Source of the DNA: Trueperaceae bacterium
GTDB lineage: Bacteria > Deinococcota > Deinococci > Deinococcales > Trueperaceae
Reading direction: 5' to 3'
DNA: 64,000 bases
Assembly: GCA_965214405.1 (NCBI GenBank)
Contig: OZ243956.1
Span: 2,720,001 to 2,784,000 of the forward strand
Shown: piece after piece, positions 41,740 through 50,959 of the stretch
How the letters are laid out: every line of letters starts with the position of its first letter
How positions within the stretch are numbered: the stretch's first letter is position 1
Translations under genes and position numbers: made by a program
Notes under the pieces: generated by a model
The model's input: only the letters and a program-made list of their open reading frames with translations
What the model was told of the DNA's origin: nothing
Databases searched by the model: none

Positions 41740-42198
41740 TCAAGCGAGGCGCAACTCTTCTAACGACGCTCTCGCGCTACCCCCGCTGATATCCGGGATG
41801 ATAAAAAGCTCTAAGGCGCTTACGCCCTCAAGGTTGACCTGATAATCTTCAACCTCATGCGTGGCACCGTTGGGAGAAAAGTTGTACTGCTGGCGCGTAA
41901 TCTCCCTGTAAGGCTCGCCCTCCGGAGCCCAGCGCAGCACGAACTCCTGCGTGCGCGTTTCCTCCACGTGAAAAGCGAGCCTGATGTGGCTGAGCTTCTG
42001 CGGCGCGTCGAAAAGGAGGCGGACGCGCCCCTCGCCCGGCTCCGCCGCGCGCCAGCCTGCGCCCGCGCCAGGTATCAAAGCTCCTTCAATGGGGTGCGTT
42101 TCCTCCTCGGAGGAGACCTCAACCTGCGCCAAGCGCTCTAAATCCAGCCAATCGCCCTGGGTGGTTGTTGCATCCTGACTAACGACTCTTTTACGCAT
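41740..42198 (-). CDS. Carbohydrate-binding/discoidin-like small protein
   Basis: RBS AGGAGGAGG before MRKRVV; WLDLE..A.VEVSSE...HPIE.AL, GWRA, RQQYNFSP. Confidence 0.75.
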   Translation of the reverse strand: MRKRVVSQDATTTQGDWLDLERLAQVEVSSEEETHPIEGALIPGAGAGWRAAEPGEGRVRLLFDAPQKLSHIRLAFHVEETRTQEFVLRWAPEGEPYREITRQQYNFSPNGATHEVEDYQVNLEGVSALELFIIPDISGGSARASLEELRLA

Positions 42199-42279
42199 CG
42201 CTGCGCCTCCTCCTGAAGTCCTGTTGTACCTAGCCACCAGTATGGCACGCTCTTTCATCGCCAATGCTCGTCCTCGAGC

Positions 42280-42308
42280 TTGACACGTGTTATACCGTTC
42301 GGTATAGT
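42280..42308 (+). promoter_or_regulatory. Sigma70-type promoter overlapped by palindromic operator TATACCGTTCGGTATA
   Basis: TTGACA 42280-42285, 17-nt spacer, TATAGT 42303-42308; operator 42291-42306; ATG 6 nt after the -10. Confidence 0.88.
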
Positions 42309-42314
42309 TTAGTC

Positions 42315-42881
42315 ATGGAGGCTCGAGAGCACCTTTTGCATCAGGCTCTCCACCTCTTCTCATCGCGGGGCTACGACGCCGTCGGGGTGCAGGGGGTGGT
42401 CGAGGCGGCGGGGGTGACCAAGCCGACGCTCTACCATCACTTTGGCAGCAAGCGCGGGCTTTTGGACGCGCTCCTTGAGAAACATTTCGAACCGCTGAAC
42501 GAATCCTTATGCCGCGCCGCCGACTACCGGGGCGACCTGCCGCTGACTCTAACACGCGTGAGTCTCACCTTTTTTAGCGAGGCGGAGCGCGAGCCCTCGT
42601 TCGCGCGGCTGCGTCTCGCCCTTCTCTTTGCGCCGCTCGAGAGCGAGGCGTGTGGCGCGGTGACACCTTGGCTGGGGGCGCAGCAAAAGGTTCTTGAGAA
42701 CATGTTTGAAGCGGCGAGCCGCGACCACGGCAACATGCGCGGGCGGCACCACGCGTACGCCGCGAGCCTTCTGGGGCTTCTCAACACTTACGTCAGCCTG
42801 GCGCTCGGCGGCCATGAAGAGCTGAACGAGCCGCTGAGCCACAGAATAGTGCATCAGTTTATGCACGGTATTTTCTCGTGA
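42315..42881 (+). CDS. TetR-family regulator
   Basis: A..LF...GY..VGV..VVE.AGVTKPTLYHHFGSK. Confidence 0.93.
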   Translation: MEAREHLLHQALHLFSSRGYDAVGVQGVVEAAGVTKPTLYHHFGSKRGLLDALLEKHFEPLNESLCRAADYRGDLPLTLTRVSLTFFSEAEREPSFARLRLALLFAPLESEACGAVTPWLGAQQKVLENMFEAASRDHGNMRGRHHAYAASLLGLLNTYVSLALGGHEELNEPLSHRIVHQFMHGIFS

Positions 42882-42899
42882 AATTTTTTTGCCCCCATC

Positions 42900-42915
42900 T
42901 ATACCGAACGGTATA
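42900..42915 (+). promoter_or_regulatory. Second operator copy TATACCGAACGGTATA
   Basis: Exact reverse complement of 42291-42306; abuts the RBS of the GH13 gene. Confidence 0.85.
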
Positions 42916-42928
42916 AAAGGAGTTTGCC

Positions 42929-44296
42929 ATGTCTACCCATTCCTCCCACCACTGGTCCAAAGACGCCGTCTTCTACCACATCTATCCCCTCGGTCACTGC
43001 GGCGCGCCGCCGCGCAACGATTTCAGGTCGGAGCCTGTGGAGAGGTTAGGGCAGCTTCACGCGTGGCTGCCTCATCTCAGACGTCTGGGGGCCAACGCGC
43101 TCTACTCAGGCCCCGTGTTTGACTCGAGCGCGCACGGCTACGACACGGCGGATTATTTTACGGTCGACCGCCGCCTAGGGACCAACAACACGCTCCGCGA
43201 TTTTGCCGCGGCGGCGCGAGACCACGGGATTCGCCTCGTGCTGGACGGCGTGTTCCACCATGTTGGGCGCGACTTTTGGGCATTTCGGGACGTGCTGCGC
43301 GGCGGCGAAGCCTCCCCTTACCGCGACTGGTTCCACCTCGACTTTGGCCGACGCAGCCCGCACGGGGACCCGTTTGCCTACGAGGGTTGGGACGGTCACT
43401 ACGACTTAGTCAAGCTCAACTTGTCCAACCCGGAGGTGTGCGCGCATCTTTTCGGGGCGGTGGAGATGTGGATGGAGGAATTTGGCATCAGCGGCTTGCG
43501 TTTGGACGCGGCGGATGGGCTCGAGTTCGGTTTCATGCGCGAGCTTGCTTCTTTCTGTAAGCGTCTAAAGCCCGACTTCTGGCTCATGGGCGAGGTGGTC
43601 CACGGGGACTACCGCCGCTGGGTCGGCCCCGACATGCTGGGCGCGGTGACGAACTACGAACTTTACAAAGGGCTTTGGTCGAGCCACGCCGACCGGAACT
43701 ATTTCGAACTCGCCTACTCCCTCAAACGGCAGTTTAGCGAGGGCGGCGTTTATCAGGATTTCAACCTCTACACTTTCGCCGACAACCACGACGTCAACCG
43801 GGTCGCCAGCCTTTTGGACGAACCCGCGCACCTCTACCCGCTGTACCTCCTGCTGTTCACGATGCCCGGCACGCCTTCCGTTTACGCGGGGAGCGAGTGG
43901 GGGCTGGGGGGCAAGCGCACGCCGAACGACGACCGCGCCCTGCGGCCCAAGCTCGAGCTCAACCCCACGCACGCGCCGCACCCCAATTTAGCGAACGCCA
44001 TCACCACTTTTAGCGGCGTTCGGCACCTCCTCCCCGCGCTCCGTTATGGGTGTTATGAGGAGTTGCACGTCAACCATCAGCAACTTGCTTTTTCGCGTCG
44101 TTATGAGGACGAACGCGTGGTAATCGTGGTTAACGCGGCGGCGGAAGCTGCGCCGCTCGAGCTAAACCTGCCGGGTGTGCAGACGGGCGCACTGGTTGAC
44201 CTGCTCAACCCCGGTGCGCGCTTCGATGTGCGCGGCGGTCACGCCTTGGTGGCGGTTCCCCCACGGTGGGGGCGGGTGATGCGGCTCGAGGGCTGA
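42929..44296 (+). CDS. GH13 alpha-amylase family (cyclomaltodextrinase/neopullulanase-like)
   Basis: HGYDT.DY, DGVFHH, GLRLDAA, GEVVHG, DNHD. Confidence 0.92.
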   Translation: MSTHSSHHWSKDAVFYHIYPLGHCGAPPRNDFRSEPVERLGQLHAWLPHLRRLGANALYSGPVFDSSAHGYDTADYFTVDRRLGTNNTLRDFAAAARDHGIRLVLDGVFHHVGRDFWAFRDVLRGGEASPYRDWFHLDFGRRSPHGDPFAYEGWDGHYDLVKLNLSNPEVCAHLFGAVEMWMEEFGISGLRLDAADGLEFGFMRELASFCKRLKPDFWLMGEVVHGDYRRWVGPDMLGAVTNYELYKGLWSSHADRNYFELAYSLKRQFSEGGVYQDFNLYTFADNHDVNRVASLLDEPAHLYPLYLLLFTMPGTPSVYAGSEWGLGGKRTPNDDRALRPKLELNPTHAPHPNLANAITTFSGVRHLLPALRYGCYEELHVNHQQLAFSRRYEDERVVIVVNAAAEAAPLELNLPGVQTGALVDLLNPGARFDVRGGHALVAVPPRWGRVMRLEG

Positions 44297-44347
44297 GGGT
44301 CGCTACTGACAGGACCACGGAGCACGAGAAAACCGCTAAAGTATTCT

Positions 44348-45148
44348 ATGCTTCCGTTTCAACCCGCTCAGAACGCCGAACCCGCAAGGTGGCTCGAGGA
44401 AAGCCTTGTAGACTTCGGCAGGAACATTTTATCCATCGTCCCGCGCGGCTTTGAGGCGTATGCTCGAGTTTTTCACCCGGCTTATCAAGTGACACACGAC
44501 ACGCGGACGCCGCTGCGCTGGTCGGACGTTGCGGCGCGAAGCGGGCGCACCTGTCACAGACAGATGCACTGGGCCGACATTCTAGGTGAAGAACCCGAAC
44601 ACGATCACGCCAATGAAGCGGGTGACACTTGGATTGAAGGCCCTATTGAAGGCGACCTCCCTGTGGAGGTAGCCCAGGTCTTGTGGCCCCTGCTTAGCCA
44701 GCACACCACCACGCCTGAAAGGTGCTTTTTCGCCATTTGGGAGGGTTTTGGCTGCTTACCCAAGTCGATTAGCAACGCACCCGCTTTTGAGATCCCGGCT
44801 CGCAAGTTCCACCTTTTCGAAGCGCCGATTGAAAACGTTGAAGAGACCTTTTGCACCAACGACCCCAACGAAGCCAGAGGTATGGGCGTTTTTGTCCTTG
44901 CGGACCCGTCGGGAACACTTTCACCCGCCGAAATCGAGGAGGCCAAGAAAAACATGCCGCCCCCGGAATTCCCGCTTTTTCACCAGAGCGCCAACCTGTG
45001 GTGGCCCGAAGACCGCGCCTGGTGCGTGGCGACGGAGATTGATTTTGTGACGACCTATGTGGCGGGTTCTAAAGAGGTTGTAGCCGCCGTCCTCTCGCGT
45101 GAAGCTTTAGAGGCCTATCAGGTTGAGCCGACGGACAGCGTTAGTTGA
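44348..45148 (+). CDS. Conserved hypothetical protein
   Basis: VPRGFEAYARVFHP, CFFAIWEGFG, NLWWPEDRAWCVATEID look like conserved blocks; TAAAGT 5 nt upstream. Confidence 0.8.
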   Translation: MLPFQPAQNAEPARWLEESLVDFGRNILSIVPRGFEAYARVFHPAYQVTHDTRTPLRWSDVAARSGRTCHRQMHWADILGEEPEHDHANEAGDTWIEGPIEGDLPVEVAQVLWPLLSQHTTTPERCFFAIWEGFGCLPKSISNAPAFEIPARKFHLFEAPIENVEETFCTNDPNEARGMGVFVLADPSGTLSPAEIEEAKKNMPPPEFPLFHQSANLWWPEDRAWCVATEIDFVTTYVAGSKEVVAAVLSREALEAYQVEPTDSVS

Positions 45149-45226
45149 GTAGGCCAATTGGGGTCGGGTTTTGGAGACGCTCGAGGCGTACCTACTTTTC
45201 TCCTCAACTTCGCGTACAATTTGGAC

Positions 45227-45427
45227 ATGGCCCAAGTTGAGCCTATAAAAGCCCAAATCGAGGCCTTATCCCCCGAGGAGTTTGCTCGTCTGCGTGAATG
45301 GATAGCCGAAAAAGACTGGCAACGCTGGGACGAACGGCTAGAAAAAGACGCTGCTTCTGGAAAGCTTGATTTCCTGCGTGAAGAAGCTCTGGCCGCCAAA
45401 GCAAAAGGTCAACTAAGAGATTTGTAA
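45227..45427 (+). CDS. Putative type II antitoxin
   Basis: I.ALSPEEF..LREW....W..WD..LE.D...GKLD.L..EA; TACAAT 6 nt upstream; abuts a toxin relic. Confidence 0.75.
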   Translation: MAQVEPIKAQIEALSPEEFARLREWIAEKDWQRWDERLEKDAASGKLDFLREEALAAKAKGQLRDL

Positions 45428-45678
45428 ATGCACCGCACAACCCCGAAGTTTTGATAGCGTTTCGACAACCTTGGCGAAGACATCCAGAAACTTGCTCGTA
45501 AAAATTTTGAGCTTCTCAAAGCCAATCCCAAACATCCCTCGTTCTCTTTAAGAAAGTTGGGGATTACTGGTCCGCTCGAGTCGGACTTTATTACCGGGTT
45601 TTAGGGGTTGAAGATGGCGACGACTTCATCTGGGTATGGATTGGCGGTCACGCCGAGTACGACAAACTTATCTCTTGA
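45428..45678 (+). pseudogene. RelE/ParE-like toxin pseudogene
   Basis: MHRTTPKF-TGA-TAG-RFDNL...NPKHPS, frameshift near 45542, then FKKVGDYWSARVGLYYRVLG...WVWIGGHAEYDKLIS*. Confidence 0.85.
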
Positions 45679-45761
45679 GTTACCTAACCAGGCGTGGGCA
45701 CCGCTCCATAGACTTTTCAGTACGTCAAAATTTTTCAACAATATCCTTACGATTCTGTACT

Positions 45762-46784
45762 TTAGTACGCCCTGGTCTTCACCCTTATCCCTGTAGGCAA
45801 CGTCAATAACCACTCGGTCACCGCGTGAACCGCGCCGCGCGCCGTTTTGGTGATGACGGGGTCGCCGAAAGGCTCGAGCCGCACAATTAGCTCGTCCCCC
45901 TCGCGCCGGTTCACCACCACCAAAAGCCCCTGCTTCAAATCCGGCTCGTCCACCGTCGCGCGCACGAGCAGGCGCGCGCCCTCGTCGGCGCTCACGCCCC
46001 GCAGCACCTCGTGCAAAATGACGTGGCCCGCGGCGTAGGGGACGACCCTTTTTTCAAAGGTCTCGAGGGCAGTGGGCAACGAGCCGGTCAGGAGGGCGTG
46101 GGGCATGGTCTCGTCTCTTTCTAGGGGAGGATAGAGGGGCGTCTCGCCCCCGCGGTACTCGAACACCTGGTAGTGGAGGGGCTTGCCCTGAGATTTCCAC
46201 TTGAGCGCGTATTTGGTCTCGAACACCGCCGCTGGGGGCTCGGTTTCAAAAAGGGTGTAGAGGTCTGTTTTCTGAGCTTCGGTTTGGGCGAACGCCAGAT
46301 AGTCCGGGTGGTCGGTGGCGAGCAAGATCTTCCCGCCGGGTTGCAGGCGGCTCGCGGCGAGTTCAAAAAAGGGCGCGCGCAGGAGGCGGTTATCCTCGTG
46401 TCTGGCCTTGGGCCAGGGGTCGGGGAAGTTGACGGTGACGGTTTGCAAACTGTGGGGCGCGAAAAGGTGACGCACGGCGAAGTTTGCGCCTATTTTGAGG
46501 AGGCGGACGTTGTCTAGCTCTTGAGTGCGGACTTTGCGCAAGGCGCGTTGGAGGGAGGCGCTCGAGATTTCCAGGCCCACAAACCGGCCCTCGGGCGCGT
46601 CCTTAGCCCACCGCACGGTGTAGCGCCCGTCGCCAAAGCCTATTTCTAAATGTAACGGCCCCGCGCTCCCAAACTGCGCGTCCCAGTCCACAGGAAAACG
46701 GTAGCGCCGCCAGGGGAAGAGCGGGCCGGAAGGCTCTTTGTCGAGCAGCACGCGTTCTAGTGATCCGTCCCGCACCGTCGCCAT
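45762..46784 (-). CDS. trmB: tRNA (guanine-N7)-methyltransferase with C-terminal extension
   Basis: LEIGFGDG, NFPDPWPK.RH..RL, ATD, TKY..KW. Confidence 0.93.
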   Translation of the reverse strand: MATVRDGSLERVLLDKEPSGPLFPWRRYRFPVDWDAQFGSAGPLHLEIGFGDGRYTVRWAKDAPEGRFVGLEISSASLQRALRKVRTQELDNVRLLKIGANFAVRHLFAPHSLQTVTVNFPDPWPKARHEDNRLLRAPFFELAASRLQPGGKILLATDHPDYLAFAQTEAQKTDLYTLFETEPPAAVFETKYALKWKSQGKPLHYQVFEYRGGETPLYPPLERDETMPHALLTGSLPTALETFEKRVVPYAAGHVILHEVLRGVSADEGARLLVRATVDEPDLKQGLLVVVNRREGDELIVRLEPFGDPVITKTARGAVHAVTEWLLTLPTGIRVKTRAY

Positions 46785-46787
46785 CCT

Positions 46788-47591
46788 CTAAACCGGCTTC
46801 ACGAGTAGCGTCACGTTGACGGCTAAATTGCTTGAAAAAAGCGTGTCACGCGTGACAAGAACGTAAGGCCCCGCCCCCTGCACCGGGTGGACGCGGAACA
46901 CGTCCACGCGACCGTCGGGGCGGCGGCAGGCGATGTGGTCGGGGAGGTAGCCCAGGACGCGCTGCCAGCCGCCCATGAGGTTGGGGTCCACGCCGATGCT
47001 GCCCGCGGGCAGGGTTTCTCGAGAGAGCTTCGTCACAAGCCGCGCCACGCGCGGTTTCTGCGTCCGGACGGTGAGCGCGCCCAGTTGGATAAGCCGCGCC
47101 ACCACCGCCTTGACTTCAGCCATGTCGGCCCCCGCATCCGCGGCGACGCGCCCCAAGTTGCGGCGACCGTCGACAAAGCGGAGGATGGCGGTCTCAAAGG
47201 GTTGCAAGGTCAGGTTGGTCGCGCTCAGGTCGGTAAAGGCGGGGACTGCGTCGTCAGAAAGCACGACCGTCGCCCCCTGCGCCCCGCGCTGCGACTCGTC
47301 CAAGCGCCGGATGGCCTCCAGAAGCAAGTTTTCAGTCCCCCCACGGATGCTCGTTTCGGGCGCGGCCAAGCCCAACGTAAACTCGAACGACCCTCGCTCG
47401 TCCCGAAAAAGCGCGTACACCGACTCCTCACCCGTTAGGCCGTTAAAGTCGGCGTGGACGACGCGCCCCTTGTCAAAGTAAACGCGCGCCGCGCCCTCGG
47501 GGTGGTCGACCATCAGGCGACCCGTCCGCGACGACGAGGCGAGAAGCTGAAAAAGGTCCACGAGCGAGAAAAGACCGAGTGTTCCTGTCAC
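46788..47591 (-). CDS. DUF4388 (PatA_N-like) domain protein
   Basis: G.L..FSL.DLFQLL....RTG.L, YF..GRVVHA, LLLEA.RRLDE. Confidence 0.85.
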   Translation of the reverse strand: MTGTLGLFSLVDLFQLLASSSRTGRLMVDHPEGAARVYFDKGRVVHADFNGLTGEESVYALFRDERGSFEFTLGLAAPETSIRGGTENLLLEAIRRLDESQRGAQGATVVLSDDAVPAFTDLSATNLTLQPFETAILRFVDGRRNLGRVAADAGADMAEVKAVVARLIQLGALTVRTQKPRVARLVTKLSRETLPAGSIGVDPNLMGGWQRVLGYLPDHIACRRPDGRVDVFRVHPVQGAGPYVLVTRDTLFSSNLAVNVTLLVKPV

Positions 47592-47651
47592 CCGTCCAGT
47601 CTACCGGGTTGAGCGCGTGCGCCGTGAGAAATGCCGCAAAAATTTCAACTT

Positions 47652-48638
47652 TTACCATTCCACCACCGCGCGCACGATTTCCTCACCCTCCGCTGACTTG
47701 GCGAGGGCGAGCACCCCCTCGAGCCCTTCACACTTCGTTGGGTGATAGAGGGTGTTGGCGACGAGGCTCGAGCGCCCCCGCGGCGCCAGGTCCAAAACCT
47801 CCCCGACCATCATCGGGTTCACGCCGTAGCGCAGGTGCAGGCGGTTCTGCAAACCTTGACGCAAGCCGTGACGGAGCCAGGCTTCTCCTTCCGTGAGTGC
47901 GGGATTGGGAGGCCAGGGGCGCGTCCAGGCGGCGTGGTTGGCGCTCGGCTGCACGACGATTTGCACGCCGAGTCCGTCCAGACGCTCCAACACCGACCCG
48001 TAAAACCCGTCCAAGCAGACCGCCACCCCGACGCGGCCCGCGGGCGTCTCAAAGGCGTGAATGTGGTCTTGAGGCGCCCTTGAAAGACCCGCCCTGGACT
48101 CCGCGCCGGGTGTGAGGTAAACCTTGTGCGTTCGGTCGAGGATTCGGCCTGTCGGCCCAAAGGTAAAGGCGGTGTTGTGGACGCGGCGGCCCGCAAGGTG
48201 GACGCCGCGGCTCGCCTCTTCCTCGATGTGGGGCAGGAAAATGGTTCCGGCGACCACGGTGGCCCCCGCAAAACGCGCGGCTTCCGCAAAGGCGTCGCGG
48301 TAGGCGCGGTAGGCGGGGAGCGCCTGGAGGTGATAAAGCGCGGCGGCGGGAGAGAGTCTTCGTGTCATCATCACCCGCAGGAGCGCGCGCCACCGGCGTT
48401 TGGCAACCGCAAAGGCAGCCTCACCAAAAGATTTTGCGCCCCCCACGCTTTCAGAGTCGCTGAGCGTGAGGATGAGGGGAAAGCCTATCGTCTCGGGAAA
48501 CGCGATGAGCTTAGGCGCGTCGTCAAGCCCCGCCACCGCCGCCTCGGTGAGTTCTAACACGCGCGTCTTGAAGCGCTCCGGCGTCTCGTAGTCGGGAAGC
48601 GTCATGGCGGCCTGAACCGCGATGAGGTGGGCTTTCAC
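47652..48638 (-). CDS. Nitrilase / carbon-nitrogen hydrolase family
   Basis: E-K-C triad in FPE, HKVYL and VCLD. Confidence 0.85.
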   Translation of the reverse strand: MKAHLIAVQAAMTLPDYETPERFKTRVLELTEAAVAGLDDAPKLIAFPETIGFPLILTLSDSESVGGAKSFGEAAFAVAKRRWRALLRVMMTRRLSPAAALYHLQALPAYRAYRDAFAEAARFAGATVVAGTIFLPHIEEEASRGVHLAGRRVHNTAFTFGPTGRILDRTHKVYLTPGAESRAGLSRAPQDHIHAFETPAGRVGVAVCLDGFYGSVLERLDGLGVQIVVQPSANHAAWTRPWPPNPALTEGEAWLRHGLRQGLQNRLHLRYGVNPMMVGEVLDLAPRGRSSLVANTLYHPTKCEGLEGVLALAKSAEGEEIVRAVVEW

Positions 48639-48821
48639 ACCCCACAGTCTAAACCTTCAGTTCTTAAACGGCGGATGGTTGTTGAAGGGTGCGTTTCGTC
48701 TGCCAGGACGAGAGCATCGGCGGAAGCGGCGGGCGTAACGAAAAGCTTTGGAGCTTATATGCCTAACGTGCTACACAGGTAATCCGCCCTCTCCGTACTG
48801 TTTAACACTGTAAACTAAACC

Positions 48822-49469
48822 ATGCTGAGCGCCAAACGTCTGGACACGACCCTCACCAAACCCGTCACGCTCGAGTACCTCCTCTACGAACCCGACGCGC
48901 CCGAACCCCTGCCCCTCGTCTTGTTCTTGCACGGGTCGGGAGAAAGGGGAAGCCACTTAGACGACGTAAAACGCGAAGGGATACCGCGGCTACTGGCCGA
49001 GGGGCGCGACTTTCCCTTCGCCGTCGTTGCGCCGCAGTGCCCCGACGGGGTGCGCTGGATAGACCTGTTGGGCGACCTGGGCGCGCTGCTGGACGAGGTT
49101 ATGGCGACGGGCGCGGTTGACCCCGACCGGGTGTACCTCATCGGCATGAGCATGGGGGCGCAGGGGGCCTGGAACTTGGCGGCGGTCGCCAAAGAACGCT
49201 TCGCCGCGCTCGTGTGCGTGTGCGGCTTTACCGCGCCGTGGCGCGCGCGCGACCTAGTCGGTTTGCCCATCTGGGCGTTTCACGGTGAAGAGGACCCGCT
49301 AGTGCCCATTTCGGAAAGCGAAAGGATGGTCGCGTGGCTCGAGCGCGAGGGCGCAACCGTGACATTCACCCGCTTGCCCGGCGTGGGCCACGACGCCTGG
49401 ACGCCCGTATTTGATATGCCCGAACTGTACGCGTGGCTGCTCGAGCAGCGCAGAGAGGGCGGTAGCTAG
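48822..49469 (+). CDS. Alpha/beta-hydrolase (phospholipase/peptidase-like)
   Basis: LFLHGSGERG, GMSMG, FHG..D, GHDAW. Confidence 0.88.
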   Translation: MLSAKRLDTTLTKPVTLEYLLYEPDAPEPLPLVLFLHGSGERGSHLDDVKREGIPRLLAEGRDFPFAVVAPQCPDGVRWIDLLGDLGALLDEVMATGAVDPDRVYLIGMSMGAQGAWNLAAVAKERFAALVCVCGFTAPWRARDLVGLPIWAFHGEEDPLVPISESERMVAWLEREGATVTFTRLPGVGHDAWTPVFDMPELYAWLLEQRREGGS

Positions 49470-49476
49470 ACCTGTG

Positions 49477-50835
49477 CTAGACCATCTGCGGCAGGTGCTG
49501 CTCGTGCGCTTTTAACATCGCGTCCAATGTATTTTCCGCAGCTCTCACGCTCTCCACGGTCGGGTCTAAGAGCATCGCTTTAAGGATATCGTTGCGTTCG
49601 CCCGTCACCGTGGCCTCGACCGTAAGCTCCATTTGGTCGATGTCGCGACGGTTAAAGGCGGCGAGCGTTTTGGGCAGCGCGACCTGCTGCAAATAGATAC
49701 CCGTGCTGTCCACCACCGCCGGGGCTTCCGCGAATATGTCGGCGGGCAGGTGGCTCACCGCGCCGCCGTTGATGAGGTTGACGGCGGGCAGCCAGGCGCG
49801 TTTGTTGCTGATGCGGGCGGCGAGGATGGGAAACGCGAGCGTGTCGGCCCAGTTGCGCGGCTTGAAAAAGTCGTCTAGGCGCAGTTCCTCGGACAGTCCT
49901 TCTTGCGACCCGTAGTGTGATTCGTACGCTTCCCACTCGGCCTCGTTCTCAGCCAAACGTTTCAAATAATCCCAACGCTGGCTTTCTTGCTTGCGGTGTT
50001 CGCCAAAGTCGATGCCGTTCGTGCCTGCAAACTCGGCGGCGAAGGGGATGTATTCGCCCGCGTGCGAATCGAGGGTGGCGGGAAAGTAACCGTAAACGTC
50101 TAAAAGTTTGCGCGACAGGCCCTCCTCACCTGGGGGCAAGGCTTTAAGCTTCTCCCGCATAAGCGGGTAGAGGTCTTCGCCGGTCGAGGCGCGGCGCAGC
50201 TCGAGCAGCCAAGTGAGGTGATTCGTCCCCGCCGCGAGCGCCTGCAAATCGTCCCCGTCAATCCCGAGCACGCGGTTTAGCAGCAAGTAGAGCGCCATCT
50301 CGACGCCGTGGCAGAGCCCTACCACCTGATGCACATTCGCATGGCGTTCTAGAGCCAGACAAATCCGGTTGAGCGGGTTCGACGTGACCATCACGACCGC
50401 GTTGGGGCAGAGAGCTTCGATGTCGCGCGCAATCTCTAGGTGCAGCGGGATTTGCCGCAACGCGTGGAACAGGCCGCCCGGACCGCCCAACTCGCCTAAG
50501 ACCTGCTTGTACCCGTGCGCGTTGGGAACCGTGAAGTCTCTCTCCCAGGTGTCGTAGTGGCCGGTATCGACCGAAAGAATCACGTAGTCGCTACCCGCCA
50601 AGAGGTCGCGGCGGTGGGGGCTCGAGCGAATCGTCACGGGGATTTTGAGAAGCGCGTTCACGCGCCGCGCGAGCTTGTCGTACGTTTCTAAACGCTGCAT
50701 GTTGGTGTCGATAAAGTTAAAGGTGCAGCCGCCTACCTCCGGAAAGTTAAGGATGTCGCGCAAGACCTTGGGGCCAAAGGTAGTGCTGGCCGCGCCAATG
50801 ACGGTAACGGTCGGTTTGGAAGGTGTCTTGTTCAT
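49477..50835 (-). CDS. GH4 NAD-dependent glycosidase (alpha-galactosidase-like)
   Basis: IGAAS..F, GE.GGPGG...LR, SNP, GLCH, AG.NH..W. Confidence 0.88.
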   Translation of the reverse strand: MNKTPSKPTVTVIGAASTTFGPKVLRDILNFPEVGGCTFNFIDTNMQRLETYDKLARRVNALLKIPVTIRSSPHRRDLLAGSDYVILSVDTGHYDTWERDFTVPNAHGYKQVLGELGGPGGLFHALRQIPLHLEIARDIEALCPNAVVMVTSNPLNRICLALERHANVHQVVGLCHGVEMALYLLLNRVLGIDGDDLQALAAGTNHLTWLLELRRASTGEDLYPLMREKLKALPPGEEGLSRKLLDVYGYFPATLDSHAGEYIPFAAEFAGTNGIDFGEHRKQESQRWDYLKRLAENEAEWEAYESHYGSQEGLSEELRLDDFFKPRNWADTLAFPILAARISNKRAWLPAVNLINGGAVSHLPADIFAEAPAVVDSTGIYLQQVALPKTLAAFNRRDIDQMELTVEATVTGERNDILKAMLLDPTVESVRAAENTLDAMLKAHEQHLPQMV

Positions 50836-50959
50836 AAAGGCACATTGTACAGGGAGTCACGCGTTTGATTCTCATGCTCAAGGTTCATGATTACTGGACA
50901 CCCATCCTTCGCAAAAACGCACGCTTTCACCTCACAAGGTGAGGCTGTAAACTGCCCCT

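Noticed and set aside
42291..42915. TACCGTTCGGTATA resembles a lox71/lox66 arm, and the inverted pair could suggest an invertible segment
   Set aside because: No 34-bp lox structure and no recombinase; the site is a near-palindrome at typical TetR operator positions
48660..48790. Possible structured ncRNA or attC-like element (GGCGGAT...ATCCGCC, GCCTAAC)
   Set aside because: Only short pairings, no recognisable family motif, single copy
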